From Eledone cirrhosa (taxonomy: Eukaryota), in contig OZ024741.1 in NCBI GenBank assembly GCA_964016885.1, positions 393,390,001-393,454,000 of the forward strand: 64,000 nt of DNA. Direction: 5' to 3'. A model generated the notes under the pieces. It was given only the letters and a program-made list of their open reading frames with translations, did not search any database and had not been told where the DNA came from. Every line of letters starts with the position of its first letter. The first letter of the stretch is position 1. This document shows positions 25,831 to 38,366 of the stretch, in pieces. A program made the translations under genes and the position numbers.

Positions 25831-26639
25831 AATAAAACCAGAACATACATACATCTATTTACCTAACCATCTATCAGTTTGTTTTCCCACCCATTTATCT
25901 ATTAAACTATCTTTAGTTCCTATCTATGTATCTATCTAACCTTTATCTTTTTCGCCCTTCATTTCTTCTCTTTCTTTCCTTCATTTATTTCCTCCTTAAT
26001 TGTCGCGACAATTAAGCAAAGGGAGATAATTCCTCATATGAAAACCTAAGTTACCTCCCCTACATATTTTTACTGACGTACTCAAAATGCACTATAATTA
26101 AAAAAAATTAGCTCCGATATTGCTTCTGAAATCACGTTCTGTAAAATATAATTGATTTCAGTCACTTTTGTATCAGGTAATCTGAACACAATTTCATCTT
26201 ACACCTTTCAGATTACCCCCTCAAATTATTCAGCCTATGACTGATTAAAAAGTGTTTTTGAGCAGTCATGGGCTATGAACACACTGCCTTTTTATGGATA
26301 TCTGGGACTACATTATTCAGTGTCTCTTTAAGACAATAAAGTGTGTTTTGGCTGTTATTTTTAACATGTTATCGATTTGTATAGGCTCAACCTTCTAATG
26401 AAAACAAAATATATTTAACTGAATGCATTCCAAATTTATTATATCTGTGACCAGTCTACATACATACATACATACATACATACATACATGCATGCATGCA
26501 TTCGGAGGAAATATGAAGGATAAGTAATTGGTTCACTGGAGGCTTGAAACACTAAATAACTCACAGCTTCTTTTTTATGTCAAGAATATTAATGGTATGA
26601 AGAAAAACCACGACCTGGTTATAATGTTCTCAAAAGATA

Positions 26640-27360
26640 TAGCTTCTTTAATGTTCTTCAGCCAGGTCCTTTGCAGGCCGTCTAGTCTGGGTGCTTTCTA
26701 ATTAGTTTTGAAGTTTGTTTTATGATGAGTTCCAGAAGTATTATCATATCAACCTGCTGTTTTACTTGCCTCAGTACTTTTTCTAATTTTTCTCTTTACT
26801 CTGCCTCATTGTTGAGGCTAACTTCCTGGTTTCATATATCACTAAAAAATTCTTTGCTTTTCTATGCCTCTGAAACTCTATTCTTCTGTTGTTCTACTCC
26901 CTTCCAGAATAATAATCTTCCACCGAGGTTAACTTTGCCTTTCATCCTTACGGGGTTGATAAAATAAAGTACCAGTAATGTACTGGGTAATTGCTGGCCT
27001 TGTGCCAAAAAGTAGAAACAATTATTATTCTGGAACAACCTGTTCTGCTGGAACTCTCATATTGTTATATCTTAGATTTCTTTGCTTCAGTTCTTCAGTT
27101 TTAACATTCAGTATTCTCTTTTCCACATTATGTTTTCTGTCGAGTGTTTTGATGACTTCTTTCCTTTGTGCATCTTCTTTTAAAGACTGTAGTTGGTTTA
27201 CTTCTTGTTTCAAGCTTTTTTATTTTATGATGTTTCCTATTAATTTCCCCCACCCAAATCATTTGTCTGTTTTCTGTTTCCCTGACTTATAGCCAACTTC
27301 TTTGGCTATTACAGATTTGTATAGGCTATTTACTTCTATTAGAAATGTTGGAGGTACATA
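26640..27360 (-). mobile_element. R4/Dong-like LINE pre-RT fragment carrying a SINE A fragment (26917-27028)
   Basis: Minus translation QQNRLFQNN...SKEFFSDI...NNEAE, typical of the region upstream of RT in this clade. Confidence 0.55.
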
Positions 27361-28114
27361 TCCTATAACATAATCAAATAATCAAACTCTCTCTCTATAT
27401 ATATATATATACATACAAAAATTATGCATTCAAACTAATTGAGGAGGAGATATAAGAGATTAGTTATGAGAATTATATGTCAGTGGTGAGAGGGATAGTG
27501 TACTCAATATGAATTAGATGCAAGACAACCAAACAATGTGAGAAATAATGTCAAGCAAAAAATTGTATGAGCAGAGCTTTTATATAGAAATTAAATGTTA
27601 GAATTAAATGTTAGAAAAAATAATACCAAATTCTTGAACAAATATATTTAATAGCTAGCAATTGTTTCAAAAACCATATCAGTATTCTGCACATACAGAT
27701 GATAATTATTGATTATAAAATAGATTATATATATAAATATTAATATATATATAAATATTAATAATATGTATAAATCAAAGTTGTAGTTGCAATATAGCAA
27801 TACAAATCAAATTATTTGAGGCAGTCACAAAGCACTTAATGTTACAAAAATTTAATACAAAGTAAATACTAAGTTAAGAAAGTGTGACACCTAGAAAAGT
27901 GATTAAATGTATATGGTATATTTATACCACAACTACGATAAATATAAATAGGTCCAAGACTAACCTGGTGTCACCTATTGCTCCATCTCCCCTGTTATTT
28001 TAACAATGATCGTCCAGGGTTGCTTATTCATTATGCAGTTGCCTTCTAATATCACAAGTAGCCATCATATCTGATGGCTGTATTGCTATCTGGCATCTGT
28101 GACCTGTTCTCTAG

Positions 28115-28620
28115 CAGAACAACTCTGCCGAGAATTAAGTACAAGAATTGATGGAGCTGGTGCAGTAATGCACCAGCTTCAGCATTCAGTAATCAGAAGA
28201 AGGGAGGTAGGCATAAAAGCCAAACTTGCCATTTTCAATTTGGTATTCGTGCCAACCTTTACCTATGGTCATGAATCTTGGGTAACAACCAAAAGAATAT
28301 GATCACAAATACAAGCGGCCGAAATGGGGTTCCTCTGAAGGGTCTTTGGACTAACGCTACTCGATAAAGCCAGATAGTCACTTTAAGTAGAGCCGCTACT
28401 TCTCCAAATTGAGAGATCACAGCTCTGATACTATGGGCATGTGGTTAGAATGTCTCAGGAGAGAATTGCTGGACAGATTTTACAGGCAAAACCAACCAAC
28501 AGGGGACCCAGGGGTAGACCCCAAGCAAGATGGTATCCATGAGCTCAGCTGGTCTTGCATGGGGATCCTGCAGGATCAGTTGGAGATGGTTGTTTCTGAC
28601 AGAACCCACTGGAAGGAGTA
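28115..28620 (+). mobile_element. RTE (Expander/Rex3-like) LINE 3' fragment
   Basis: RELSTRIDGA...KAKLAIFNLVFVPTFTYGHESW...IQAAEMGFL; VEPLLLQIERSQL*YYGHVVRM. Confidence 0.8.
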
Positions 28621-29059
28621 GACTCTGTTTTTCTCAATAAATGAGACAGGAAAATGGTTATAAATGCCAAGTCTTTTCCTGGAAAGGAATGTTCCTTCCA
28701 ACATAAATTAGATGTAAGTGACCTTAGAGTAAGAGCCAGGTGGACTAAGAGACAAAAGCCAGCTTGGAAAAGGAAGACATGACAGCTGAGAGAAGCCTCT
28801 GTAGGAAACAAATTCAGAGAAATCTTACTTGATAGGAAGGAAGAAGAGTTGGAAACATAATATAGAAGACAAATTGGAATTTTTACGGGACAACCTGCTG
28901 GAAGCCACAGACCAGTTCAGCTGCTGGAGTAAGATTCCACCAAATTGTAGGGTGATGTAGTATAGAATGATAAGATAGAAAGAGCCATTAAAACAAAAAG
29001 ACATGCCTGGAGGAATGAAGGAGAGAGAAAGCAATGCCAGACAACTTGAAAAGAGACCA

Positions 29060-30015
29060 GGCATCAAGTATGTCTAGTGAGGTGAGAGGCAGAAAATTTT
29101 GCACATGTTCTGCATTGAGAAGATGAGAAGTATGAAGTGTTGACGATTGTGAGACAGTGTGCTAGAGAAAATTATGATGTAGTTGGGAAAAAGTGTGCCT
29201 GAAATGATGGAGCTTTTACCCTGTCCTATGCCCAAAAGAAAGAGGCATGGAAGACTTACTATGAGAGGCTGCTGAATGAGGAAAATTATTGGGACAGTGA
29301 GGGCCTACTCCATGCAGACCCTACTGCGGGACCAGCCATAAAAGTTGACAGCAGTAAGATAGATAAAGCAATTAAGGATATGAAGGTAGGGAAGACAGCT
29401 GGACCATCTGTTATAGTTGCTGAGATGCTAAGAACATCTGGCATGGTAGGATATGAGCTAGTCAGATACATAGTTAAGTAGTATTGGATGGTGTCATACT
29501 CAACAACTGGTGCAGCAGTGTCATTGTAAACTGTTGCAAGGGCAAAAGAGATGCACAAGAGAGAAGTAACTACAGAGGCATCAAGTTGATGAACCCAGGT
29601 CATGAAAGTTGCTCAAAGGGATTTAGCACAGTTAATTAGAGACAGAATCAAGTTAGATGAGATGTAGTTTGAATTTATGCCTGGTAGGGGTACTATCGAT
29701 GCCCTCTTTCTGGTAAGACAACTACAGGAGAGGTAATTAGTTAAGAGTAAGCCACTGTATATTAGTTAAGAGTAAGCCATTTATAGATCTGGAGAAGGCC
29801 TTTCACAGGGTTCCGTGCTCTGTAATCTAGTGGGTACTTAGGAAGTTAGGTATAGACACATAGCTTGTGAGGGCTGTGCCAGCCATGTATAAAGGAGCAA
29901 CCAGCAGAGTGAGAATTGGCAATGAGTCAAGTGTGGGTCAACTAAGAGCTCAGTTCTCAGTCCACTCTTATTTACCGTTGTCCTTCAGGTCATTACTGAG
30001 AAGTTTAAAACTGGC
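29060..30015 (+). mobile_element. RTE-type LINE RT N-terminal fragment
   Basis: KAIKDMKVGKTAGPS...AEMLR; NYRGIKLMN; FMPGRGTIDALFLVRQLQE; DLEKAFHRV; QLRAQFSV/GSVLSPLLF-like segment. Confidence 0.8.
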
Positions 30016-30167
30016 ATTTAATTAATTACTTAATTAGCATTTCTCATTTTTAAACTCAACCCTCAATGCAAAATGACAGGCTTCAAGTTGAGTTTATACC
30101 ATCCATATATTGCATTTGCATTTCAAGAACTTATGTGCAACATTTTTGTTTTCATTATATTTTGTGC

Positions 30168-30543
30168 AAATCCCGCCGAGGTCAACTTTGCCTTTCATCC
30201 TTATGGGGTCAATAAAATAAAGTACCAGTAATGTACTGGGTAATTGCTGGCCTTGTGTCAAAAGTAGAAACAAATGCACACGTGTGTATATCATGACTCA
30301 TGCACTGTTCATTTTCCTGACGTTTGTACATTACCCTATGTACTATACATACTTTTTGATGAGTTGTAGTGCACCTGAGCACTGTACACAATATTTCATT
30401 ATTATTAACGTCCCTTTACGATCTGAGTTCACATCCCGCCGAGGTTGACTTTGCCTTTCATCCTTACGGGGTCAATAAAATAAAGTACCAGTAATACATT
30501 GGGATAATTGCTGGCCTTGTGCCTAAAGTAGAAACAATTATTA
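30168..30543 (+). mobile_element. Two 5'-truncated SINE A copies (30168-30272 and 30407-30543)
   Basis: AAATCCCGCCGAGG...CTTTGCCTTTCATCC...GGCCTTGTG..AAAGTAGAAACAA in both. Confidence 0.85.
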
Positions 30544-30547
30544 TTAA

Positions 30548-31442
30548 CTAGCATTAAAGCCCGGCGTTGCTCGGGGTCATTAAGTTACCAAAGTTAGGTT
30601 GCACCACCCATTTTATGGCAGCACTTTTTTGTCTGCCAGGCACTGGGTGAATGAATTGCAGACCTGGAAGCATGAGCTGCGCCAGCAGTGACAATTGTAG
30701 TTTCGCCTATGGATATTATCTCTGTGCAAAAAAGTGTTGAAATTTATTGTTTCACAGAACTTGCGCAACACGCGCGTAGACGATGCCAGCCGAACAACAG
30801 AGCTGCAATGGAGTTGTTCTGCATGGTTGTCTGTGTGTTTTCTAAATTTAAGACAGTAGGGAGGGTTGTGATATGGGGGAGAGTTAGCTGTTGTTTCTAG
30901 CAGGTTTAGTGACCTCATAGAGGATATGTGTTTTCTAAATTTAAGACAGCAGGGAGTGGTGTGATATGGGGGAGAGTTAGCTGCTGTTTCTAGCAGGTTT
31001 AGTGACCTCATAGAAGATATGTTTTCTAAATTTAAGACAGTAGGGAGGGGTGTGATATAGGGGAGAGTTAGCTGCTGTTTCTAGCAGGTTTAGTAACCTC
31101 ATAGAGGATATGTGTTTTCTAAATTTAAGACAGTAGGGAGTGGTGTGAACAGACAGTATCACCATCAAGCTTGGAAAGAGAAAGTAGCAGAAAGTATGAA
31201 GTTGTATAGATTTTGAATGATAGTAGAAAGAGTTCAGCAGTTTAAATGAGAGAAAAATCGTAAAATATTGAGTTTTATCTATTTTTTGCGTAATTGTGGG
31301 TGAAATTGAAAAAATTATCTGCGTCAAGACGCAATCGAAACTATTTTGAATACTAAATTGTAAATTTCAATTGAAGAAATTCTATATCGTAGATTTCTAT
31401 AACGAAGGAGCATGACCACACACTGAGCTTTATAGATTATGA
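30548..31442 (-). mobile_element. Non-autonomous Helitron with internal tandem array
   Basis: Minus-strand 3' end CCCCGAGCAACGCCGGG(hairpin)...GCTAG followed by T; 5' end TC followed by ATAATCTATAAAG; same 3' terminus as 58266. Confidence 0.7.
30834..31147. repeat. About 92-bp tandem repeat, about 3.3 copies
   Basis: TTTTCTAAATTTAAGACAG recurs at about 30838, 30931, 31022 and 31115. Confidence 0.92.
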
Positions 31443-31455
31443 TGATTATATTTTG

Positions 31456-31641
31456 CGGATTGGCAGTATCGGTAGAGAGTCGGACACCATGCTTTGAAGC
31501 ATAGAGTTACGTCCCTTTATGGTCTGAGTTCAAATCCAGCCGAGGTTAACTTTGCCTTTCATCCTTACGGGGTCGATAAAATAAAGTACCAGTAATGTAC
31601 TGGGTAATTTCTGGCCTTGTGCCAAAAGTAGAAACAATTAT
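31456..31641 (+). mobile_element. SINE family A (full copy)
   Basis: A-box, B-box, body and tail as in other copies. Confidence 0.9.
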
Positions 31642-32859
31642 ATTTTGTCATGTTATTGGAGAGAAAGCCATGCTGTTTTAAACTAGGTAACACCCCACCC
31701 TATCCCTTAAAATACACCGGATATAATGAAATATTCGAATATGAAACATCACGCGGTCAAAACACATTATGATCTTGAGCGTTAGCACCAAGCCAACAAT
31801 GCTACTGAAATAAACTAACGGCATAACAGGACATACTTGGGTCACTGTATTTATCAACATTGGGAAATTGCAAAATAAATAAACATTGTTTGAAAATATT
31901 CAGCGATTATTTGTCCTCGCCTAACCCAAAACAATGCGGTCGAAGTGTCATTTCTTTTATATCTTTTTTTGAACTTTTTAAAATGATTATTTTACTTCAT
32001 TTAAAGTGACAACTTAAATGATGTTACTCATCTCTTTGTTAACGTGTTAACACCAGACGATAAGATCAACAGTTATCAAAGCGTCAAAACGAGTTGATAT
32101 GCTACGTAGTGTTTAAGAAAACCAGGTTAAATAAGATAAAAAAGATTATTGAAATACATACAACGTTAAACGAAATAGATAAACAAAAAATATTTTACTG
32201 TAAAACAACTATACGATACACATACAATGCAGCTTGAAGCAACTTTAAGAATACCAAAAATACCCGGTCCTGTAATAATTAATGAACCTGTAAGTAAACA
32301 AATATATCTATTATACTAGATGTCCTTTTATTTCTCACTATCTTTCATATACAGTAATTAAATCATTATCGCTTCCTTGTTTTGGCGTATATATTTACCT
32401 GCGGGAATAGCCAGGTCGTCCCAGCTTAGTAATAATACACGTGAAACTATTTGTGTTGAAACACTGGCATTGTTGATATATTTCACTCAGTTACACAACT
32501 ACTATCTACTATTTATGAAGATATATGATTGTTTTCTGTAATTCAGTATCTATTTTATTTATATTATATACTGACCGGTCTCTAATCAATGTCGTGTATA
32601 TTGTTTAATATACACCGCATTCTGTTATTCTAGAAATTGCTTTATTTCCTTTTAATGTTTGGCAGCTTCTAAAATGTTGTTTCTAATAAATTGCCAAGTT
32701 AACTTTATATTTGAGAAAACATAATTCAGACTACATATACAGCGAATGTGATAAAAACTACAATATACATAGCAATAAGGAAACAAAAGAAGAATTAAGT
32801 AACGAAAGAAAGTGAGAGGGACAGACTCTACACCAGAGTTTGAGCGATGTTTCAGCTGA

Positions 32860-33170
32860 CAAAATGGCAAAGATATTATCGCGGAGAATGGCCAGCGACA
32901 CATGCTGCATCACCCACCCACCTCACGTAGTTCCTTTCCTATTTTACCTGAAGTCTTGACAGGTGGTGGATAATTATTTTTAGTTAAAATCGAGTGAATA
33001 AGTTAGACATGTCATCTCTCCCCGTCTGACGGGGAGATGTCTGTCATCTCTCGTGAAAATGGATATAGCTTTAATTATGTAAAATTCTCCCCATTTTGCC
33101 TCATTTCTTTCCGTTTTGGTCACTTTTTTTACGGTACTTCCCGTTTGGGTTTCTAGAGGTTGGCAAGTAT
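32860..33170. promoter_or_regulatory. Possible (bidirectional) promoter / first-exon region
   Basis: Unique, relatively CpG-retaining DNA with TTCCG/TTCCCG ETS-like sites and TCTCGTGA; minus-strand donors CAG|gtaaaa (about 32947) and CAG|gtaaat (about 32398); plus-strand GC-type donor candidate TTG|gcaagt (about 33163). Inference only. Confidence 0.3.
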
Positions 33171-33779
33171 ATATATATAAAAAAAGACGGGTGTTGATCT
33201 TGCATTAGAGATTGGGAAATTGAAAACAACATTGAATGTTTAGTGAATTGGTCACAGGGTTATTTACTTTGGTAAACGCCACTGCAGGCCAACCACTAAT
33301 TAAATTCGATACAGATATAAGGTTAACAAACTCGCTCGTGAGTGAACTGTCCGAGAGCAGGTCGCGAAATAAGCTAAGATGTCTCTTTTCTCCCTCCTTT
33401 AAAATCACTAGACCGGAAGTTCAAGGAATCTTCTAGAATTCAACGGGAAGTAACTCCAATTAGTTTTTTCTCCCCGGGCAAAGTGACGCTAGTCGCTACA
33501 AGGCTCCCTCCAGACGATAGTTGATAATAACCGTAAGGTCATTGTAGCGAGGAGGCGTAGAATAAGGAACAAGCAAAACAAAAGGTACATAAATTACAAT
33601 GGTTTGTAACAGAAGCAAAGTATGAAAATAAACATGTAGAAAAATGTAACTGGAACAATACAATTTAAAACAGTACAAGGAAGCAAGGAAAATAGTGCTC
33701 AAAATAAGTTCAACATTTTTCAAAGTCAAATAGTTAATGCTACTAGGGATTAGACGAATATTGTTTTTGAGAGTTTCCG

Positions 33780-36700
33780 TGGCCATATTACTGTCCTGCC
33801 ACTTCGTGTGACATATGGTTGTGTGGTATGTGGTGTTTGCGGTGGAGGTGAAGGTGTTTGTGTGGGAGTGTATGTCAGGCAATGATGTGAGACTTTCAGA
33901 GAAAGCCTTCTTTGCTCTGTCAGCGGATATTACCTCTTTTCGACCATTGACAGCCACTGTAAAGTGTTTTGGTGTGTGCGAAAGCACACAAAAAGGTTTA
34001 TTGTAGGGTGACGTAAGAGGTCCCTTGACGGAATCATTCCGTATGAAAATGTGTGTCCATGTAGAGATGTCTGATGGGACAGCAGAAGAAATAGATTGGT
34101 CACGAGGGTTCATTAGTGGAAGATCCGAGAAATACGAACGAATCCTGGTGACATATGATGCTGGGTCAAGATGTGATGAATCCACTGGTGCTAACATTTG
34201 TCCAGGAAGAGACAATGTGGTACCATAAAGAAGTTCAGCAGAAGAAAAACCTAAATCTGTCTTAATGGCAGAACGACAACCAAGAAGCACGATTGGCAAA
34301 AATTTGGTCCAACGTTGCGGATCAGGAGTAGCGCGAAGTGCAGCTTTCAACTGTCTATGAAACCTCTCGACCATTCCATTGGAGGCCGGATGATAGCTGG
34401 TCGTATGAATGTGATGAGCACCCAAGAGTCGTGATATTTCACGAAATAAGGAAGCTTCAAATTGGCGTCCACGATCTGTAGTTATTTTAGTAGGAACACC
34501 AAAGCGAGCAATCCAATTGGAAATGAAAGCCCGGGAAACGGACTCTGTTCTTATGTCCACTAAGGGTATGGCTTCAGGCCGCCGAGAGAAACGATCGATA
34601 CAAGTCAATATGTATGTGAACCCACGACTAACGGGCCATGGACCAACAATATCCATGTGAATATGATGGAAACGTGCGTCTGGCGGGCTGAATTTTCCAA
34701 GAGGAGTGCAGACATGCCGAAAAATCTTAGAGCGCTGACGCTGCAAACAAGAACGTGCCCAACCAGTGATTAAACGACGCATATTAGGCCAGAAAAATCA
34801 AGCCGTAATAAGCTTCACCGTGGCAGCTATGCCAGGATGCGACAAGGAATGAAGTGCATCAAAAACGGTACGTTGATGGCAATCAAAAACGGTACGTTGA
34901 TGACAATCTGGGTGAGTCAGTAGAAATATCGCAGAGAATTTTTCCTTCAGAAGATGGAAGAGGTAAATATTCCAATTTGCAGCAGGAGAACTGGTCAGAG
35001 GAAATGTCCAGCGAATCCAAAGTAGGTTGGTCAGTTGCAATGGCAACTAAATCGATATGTGCAGGAGACGCAAGAGAACACACAGAAAGTCGAGATAATG
35101 CGTCCGCGGGTATGTTGGCAGCTCCAGCTATATGACGAATGTCACTGGTGTACTGGGAGATGAAATCCAAATGTCTGTATGCCCTTGGAGAGTATCTGTC
35201 GGACTTAGTTTGAAGAGCGAATGTGAGTGGTTTATGGTCTGTGAATACCGTGAACTCCCGACCTTCAAGAAGATGGTGGAAGTGTCTCACAGCAAGATAA
35301 ACTGCTAAAAGCTCTCTGTCAAAAGTACTGTAACGTTGCTCTGCTGGTTTTAGTTGGCGTGAGAAAAACGCCAGTGGTTGAACCTGGTGGTTGATCGCAT
35401 GTTGCAAGACTGCTCCAACAGCATGATCGGATGCGTCAACAGATAAAGAAAGTCTCGCGTTTGCAACAGGATGGGCGAGTAAGGCAACTTCGGCTATCTC
35501 AGACTTGACGGATTCAAAAGACTGCAAAGCATCGGCAGAAAGTGAAATAGAAGCATCTTTCTTTTTTGCAGCCTTTAAAAACTGTGTCAAGGGGAACAAC
35601 TTGTCCGCACAGTTTGGAATGAAGCGACGATAAAAGTTAATTAATCCCAAGAAATGATGTAATTGTTTCAGGGAGGTGGGTGGTGCGATATGCTGAATCG
35701 CTTCTACCTTAGATGGCAAAGGTCGTATACCTTCTGAATCTGTAAGATATCCAAGGAATTCCAGTGAATCTGTACCAAACACACATTTAGCTGGGTTGAT
35801 TCTGACTTGGTACGATTGGAGACGTTGAAATAACTGAGATAGATGATGATGATAGTGTTCATCCGAATGACTGGCTATCAGGAGATCATCAACGTAAGCA
35901 AACACAAAATCCAATCCACGCGTGACTTCATCGATAAAACGCTGGAACGTGCTAGAAGCATTCCGCAAACCAAAAGGCATGGATAGAAATTCAAACGAAC
36001 CAAAAGGGGTGGTCACAGCTGTTATTGATATATCCTCTGGATTCATGGGTATCTGGTGGTATGCACGTACCAGATCTATTTTAGAAAATATCTTGCATCC
36101 ATGCAGAACGGATGAAAAATCCTGTAAATTTGGTAGAGGATAACGGTCCGGCGTGGTGATGGTATTAAGTCGTCGATAATCTCCCACAAGCCTAAAATTC
36201 GCTTCACCCTTACGAGCCAAGTGAAGCGGAGATGCCCATGGGCTGGTGGACGGTCGTATAAGACCGAGCTGGAGCATATGCTCGAACTCGTTTCGTGCTA
36301 TTTTTAGTCTATCTGGCGCCAACCTTTGTGGATGAGAGAAAACAGGTGGACCAGTTGTTGTAACAAAGTGTTGAGTCGAGTGGGCTGCCTGGGTAGGTTT
36401 AAATGAAATATCCTTTAATTTGGGAAACAAAGTAAGGAGTGCATGAAACTGGTTTCCAGCGGCATCCACAAAATATGACGGACTGACAGCAGTAGTGGTA
36501 GATTTACGAGTAGGCGTAGATAAGGATGTGGTACTATCCACAAGTTTCTGGTTCCTGACATCTACCAAAAGTGAAAAGTGCTGTAAGAAATCCGTACCGA
36601 GAATAGGATGAGGTAGGTCGGCAATGACAAAAATCCATTTGAAATCTCAACTTGGATATTTGTCCATAAGTTTTTATAGGAGACTGGTTTACTGCATACA

Positions 36701-36860
36701 AAGAAATGCCGGAAAAAGTTGGCTTGGTAGAGTTGAACCGTTAGGGCCAAATACTGCAACTTGATCCTGTGTCAACCATGAATGATTTGTTTGAAACTCG
36801 GTCTCTAATGAAAAAAGCACAATAAGGTGAATTAATGAGGGAGAGATCTGCTGTGCCCAG
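33780..36860 (-). pseudogene. pol: Gypsy pol (protease, RT, RNase H, integrase), disrupted
   Basis: Protease FMVDTGSS followed by an in-frame TAA and a frameshift; RT YPLP...FGLRNA...YVDD; RNase H DASD...RELLA...TDHKPL; integrase HMDIVGP...TDRGRQF...VERFHR; 24-bp duplication and stop near 34800-34900. Confidence 0.93.
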
Positions 36861-36871
36861 ACTCTCCGATT

Positions 36872-37693
36872 TTAGTTTTCCGAGGTCTCGAAAGAGCAGG
36901 GCTGAATACAATGTTTCGCCTTTTCACGAAAACGCATGTGATACCAACACAGAGACGAGTTGTTGGCGGGGAGGTTGGCGCGACGGTGAAAGGAAGAAGA
37001 CCGACTTCGTGAATGCTGTCTAGATGGCGTTCGATCCCTACATAGTTTAGCTACTTGCCTAGTTAGCGCGACAATGGCTCTCAACATTGAGTCCTCATGA
37101 GGTGAAGCAGGCAGGGTTTTGAAAGCAGAAGAGGCAATGACCGAATCAGCCGAGGTAGGTTCTCTAGAAAATTCCATAATTCTGTCTGCAGAGGCAGCAA
37201 TTTGTTCTATAGAACTGGTGTCAACTGTATTCACTAATATGGTTTTCACATTAGTTGGCAAACGGGAGAAGAATAACTTTTTTTCGAAGGAACTATCTTC
37301 AGGTGCAGCATCACTGAGTTCACGGATACGCCGTAAAAACTCTGTAGGAGTTCTGTCCCCCAGATTTTCATCCCCTAATAAGGAGCGAAATTTATTCTTA
37401 GGTGACCTACAGTTCCTACGCAGTACCTCTGACTTCAGAGACTCGTAGGAAACGCCTTGGGGAGGGTTCTTGATTATGTCTTTTACTAGTGAAGCTGGAA
37501 TTCCGCTGATTAGCACGTTTAATTTTTGTTGTTTTTCCTGTACTCCGTTGACCGCAAAATACACATCAAGCTGGGTGAACCACAATTTGGCATCAGCAGA
37601 ATACGCTGGTAACGATGTGTTGCTCATGATGAAATTTGGTCGAGAGATGATTTTCTTTTTCAAAACGTCGGTAGAAATTATTTGTTCAAACAT
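36872..37693 (-). CDS. gag: Gypsy Gag with CHCC motif
   Basis: 273-codon ORF (first ATG at about 37628); LGDRTPTEFLRRIREL; C-terminal CWYH-x9-C-x3-C; ends in GGAAAAC-TAA, a candidate -1 frameshift site. Confidence 0.9.
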   Translation of the reverse strand: MFEQIISTDVLKKKIISRPNFIMSNTSLPAYSADAKLWFTQLDVYFAVNGVQEKQQKLNVLISGIPASLVKDIIKNPPQGVSYESLKSEVLRRNCRSPKNKFRSLLGDENLGDRTPTEFLRRIRELSDAAPEDSSFEKKLFFSRLPTNVKTILVNTVDTSSIEQIAASADRIMEFSREPTSADSVIASSAFKTLPASPHEDSMLRAIVALTRQVAKLCRDRTPSRQHSRSRSSSFHRRANLPANNSSLCWYHMRFREKAKHCIQPCSFETSEN

Positions 37694-38107
37694 TGGTAAA
37701 ATTATATGTTCAGACGTCGGTAGAAATTATATGTCCAAACGGGGTCACCACTTTAGTGAATTGGTCACAGGGTTATTTACTTTGGTAAACGCCACTGCAG
37801 GCCAACCTCTAATTAAATTCGATACAGATATAATAAGGTTAACAAACTCGCTCGTGAGTGAACTGTCCGAGAGCCGGTCGCCAAATAAGCTAAGATGTCT
37901 CTTTTCTCCCTCCTTTATAATCCCTAGACCGGAAGTTCAAGGAATCTTCTAGAATTCAACGGGAAGTAACTCCAATTAGTTTTTTCTCCCTGGGCAAAGT
38001 GGCGCTAGTTGCTACAAATGCATATTCGCAGGACCCTCTACATAGTCACAATGACCTGTTAAAAATAACAGCCACCAAATTTTTATCAAATCAAACTGTC
38101 TTTTAAT

Positions 38108-38312
38108 AATGGTTTCTGATTTAGGCACAAGGACAACAATTTTGGGGGTGGAGGAAGTCGATTATATCAACTCCAGTGCATTATGGGTACTTTAATCAAC
38201 CCCATTAGGTTGGAAAGCAAAGCTAACCTTGGTGGGATTTGAACTCAAAACTTAAAGGGACGTAACTATATGCTGCAAAGCAGGTTGTCCAACACTTTAC
38301 AACTACTGCCAA
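38108..38312 (-). mobile_element. SINE family A, diverged copy
   Basis: GGGATTTGAACTC B-box complement, GGCACAAGG tail segment. Confidence 0.7.
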
Positions 38313-38366
38313 CCCCCTCCTTACCGTCTTAATGAAAGGATATAGTATTTAGGTCTGCATACCCAC

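Larger units (their letters stand above)
33239..38016 (-). mobile_element. Full-length Ty3/Gypsy LTR retrotransposon, CsRn1/Kabuki-like clade, defective
   Basis: LTRs 33239-33500 and 37752-38016 (8 substitutions plus one 3-bp indel); 4-bp TSD AATG; PBS TGGTGACCCCG (tRNA-Trp 3' end) at 37740-37750; PPT at 33501-33513; gag-PR-RT-RH-IN order. Confidence 0.97.

Noticed and set aside
30548-30580. DINE-1/Helentron classification of the ACTAG...CCCGGCGTTGCTCGGG ends
   Set aside because: Read on the minus strand they are canonical Helitron hairpin plus CTAG 3' ends with TC 5' ends and AT targets.
37470-37952. 160-aa plus-strand ORF and other antisense ORFs across the Gypsy, Tx1 and RTE elements
   Set aside because: Shadow frames of TE coding strands or LTR sequence with no independent motifs.
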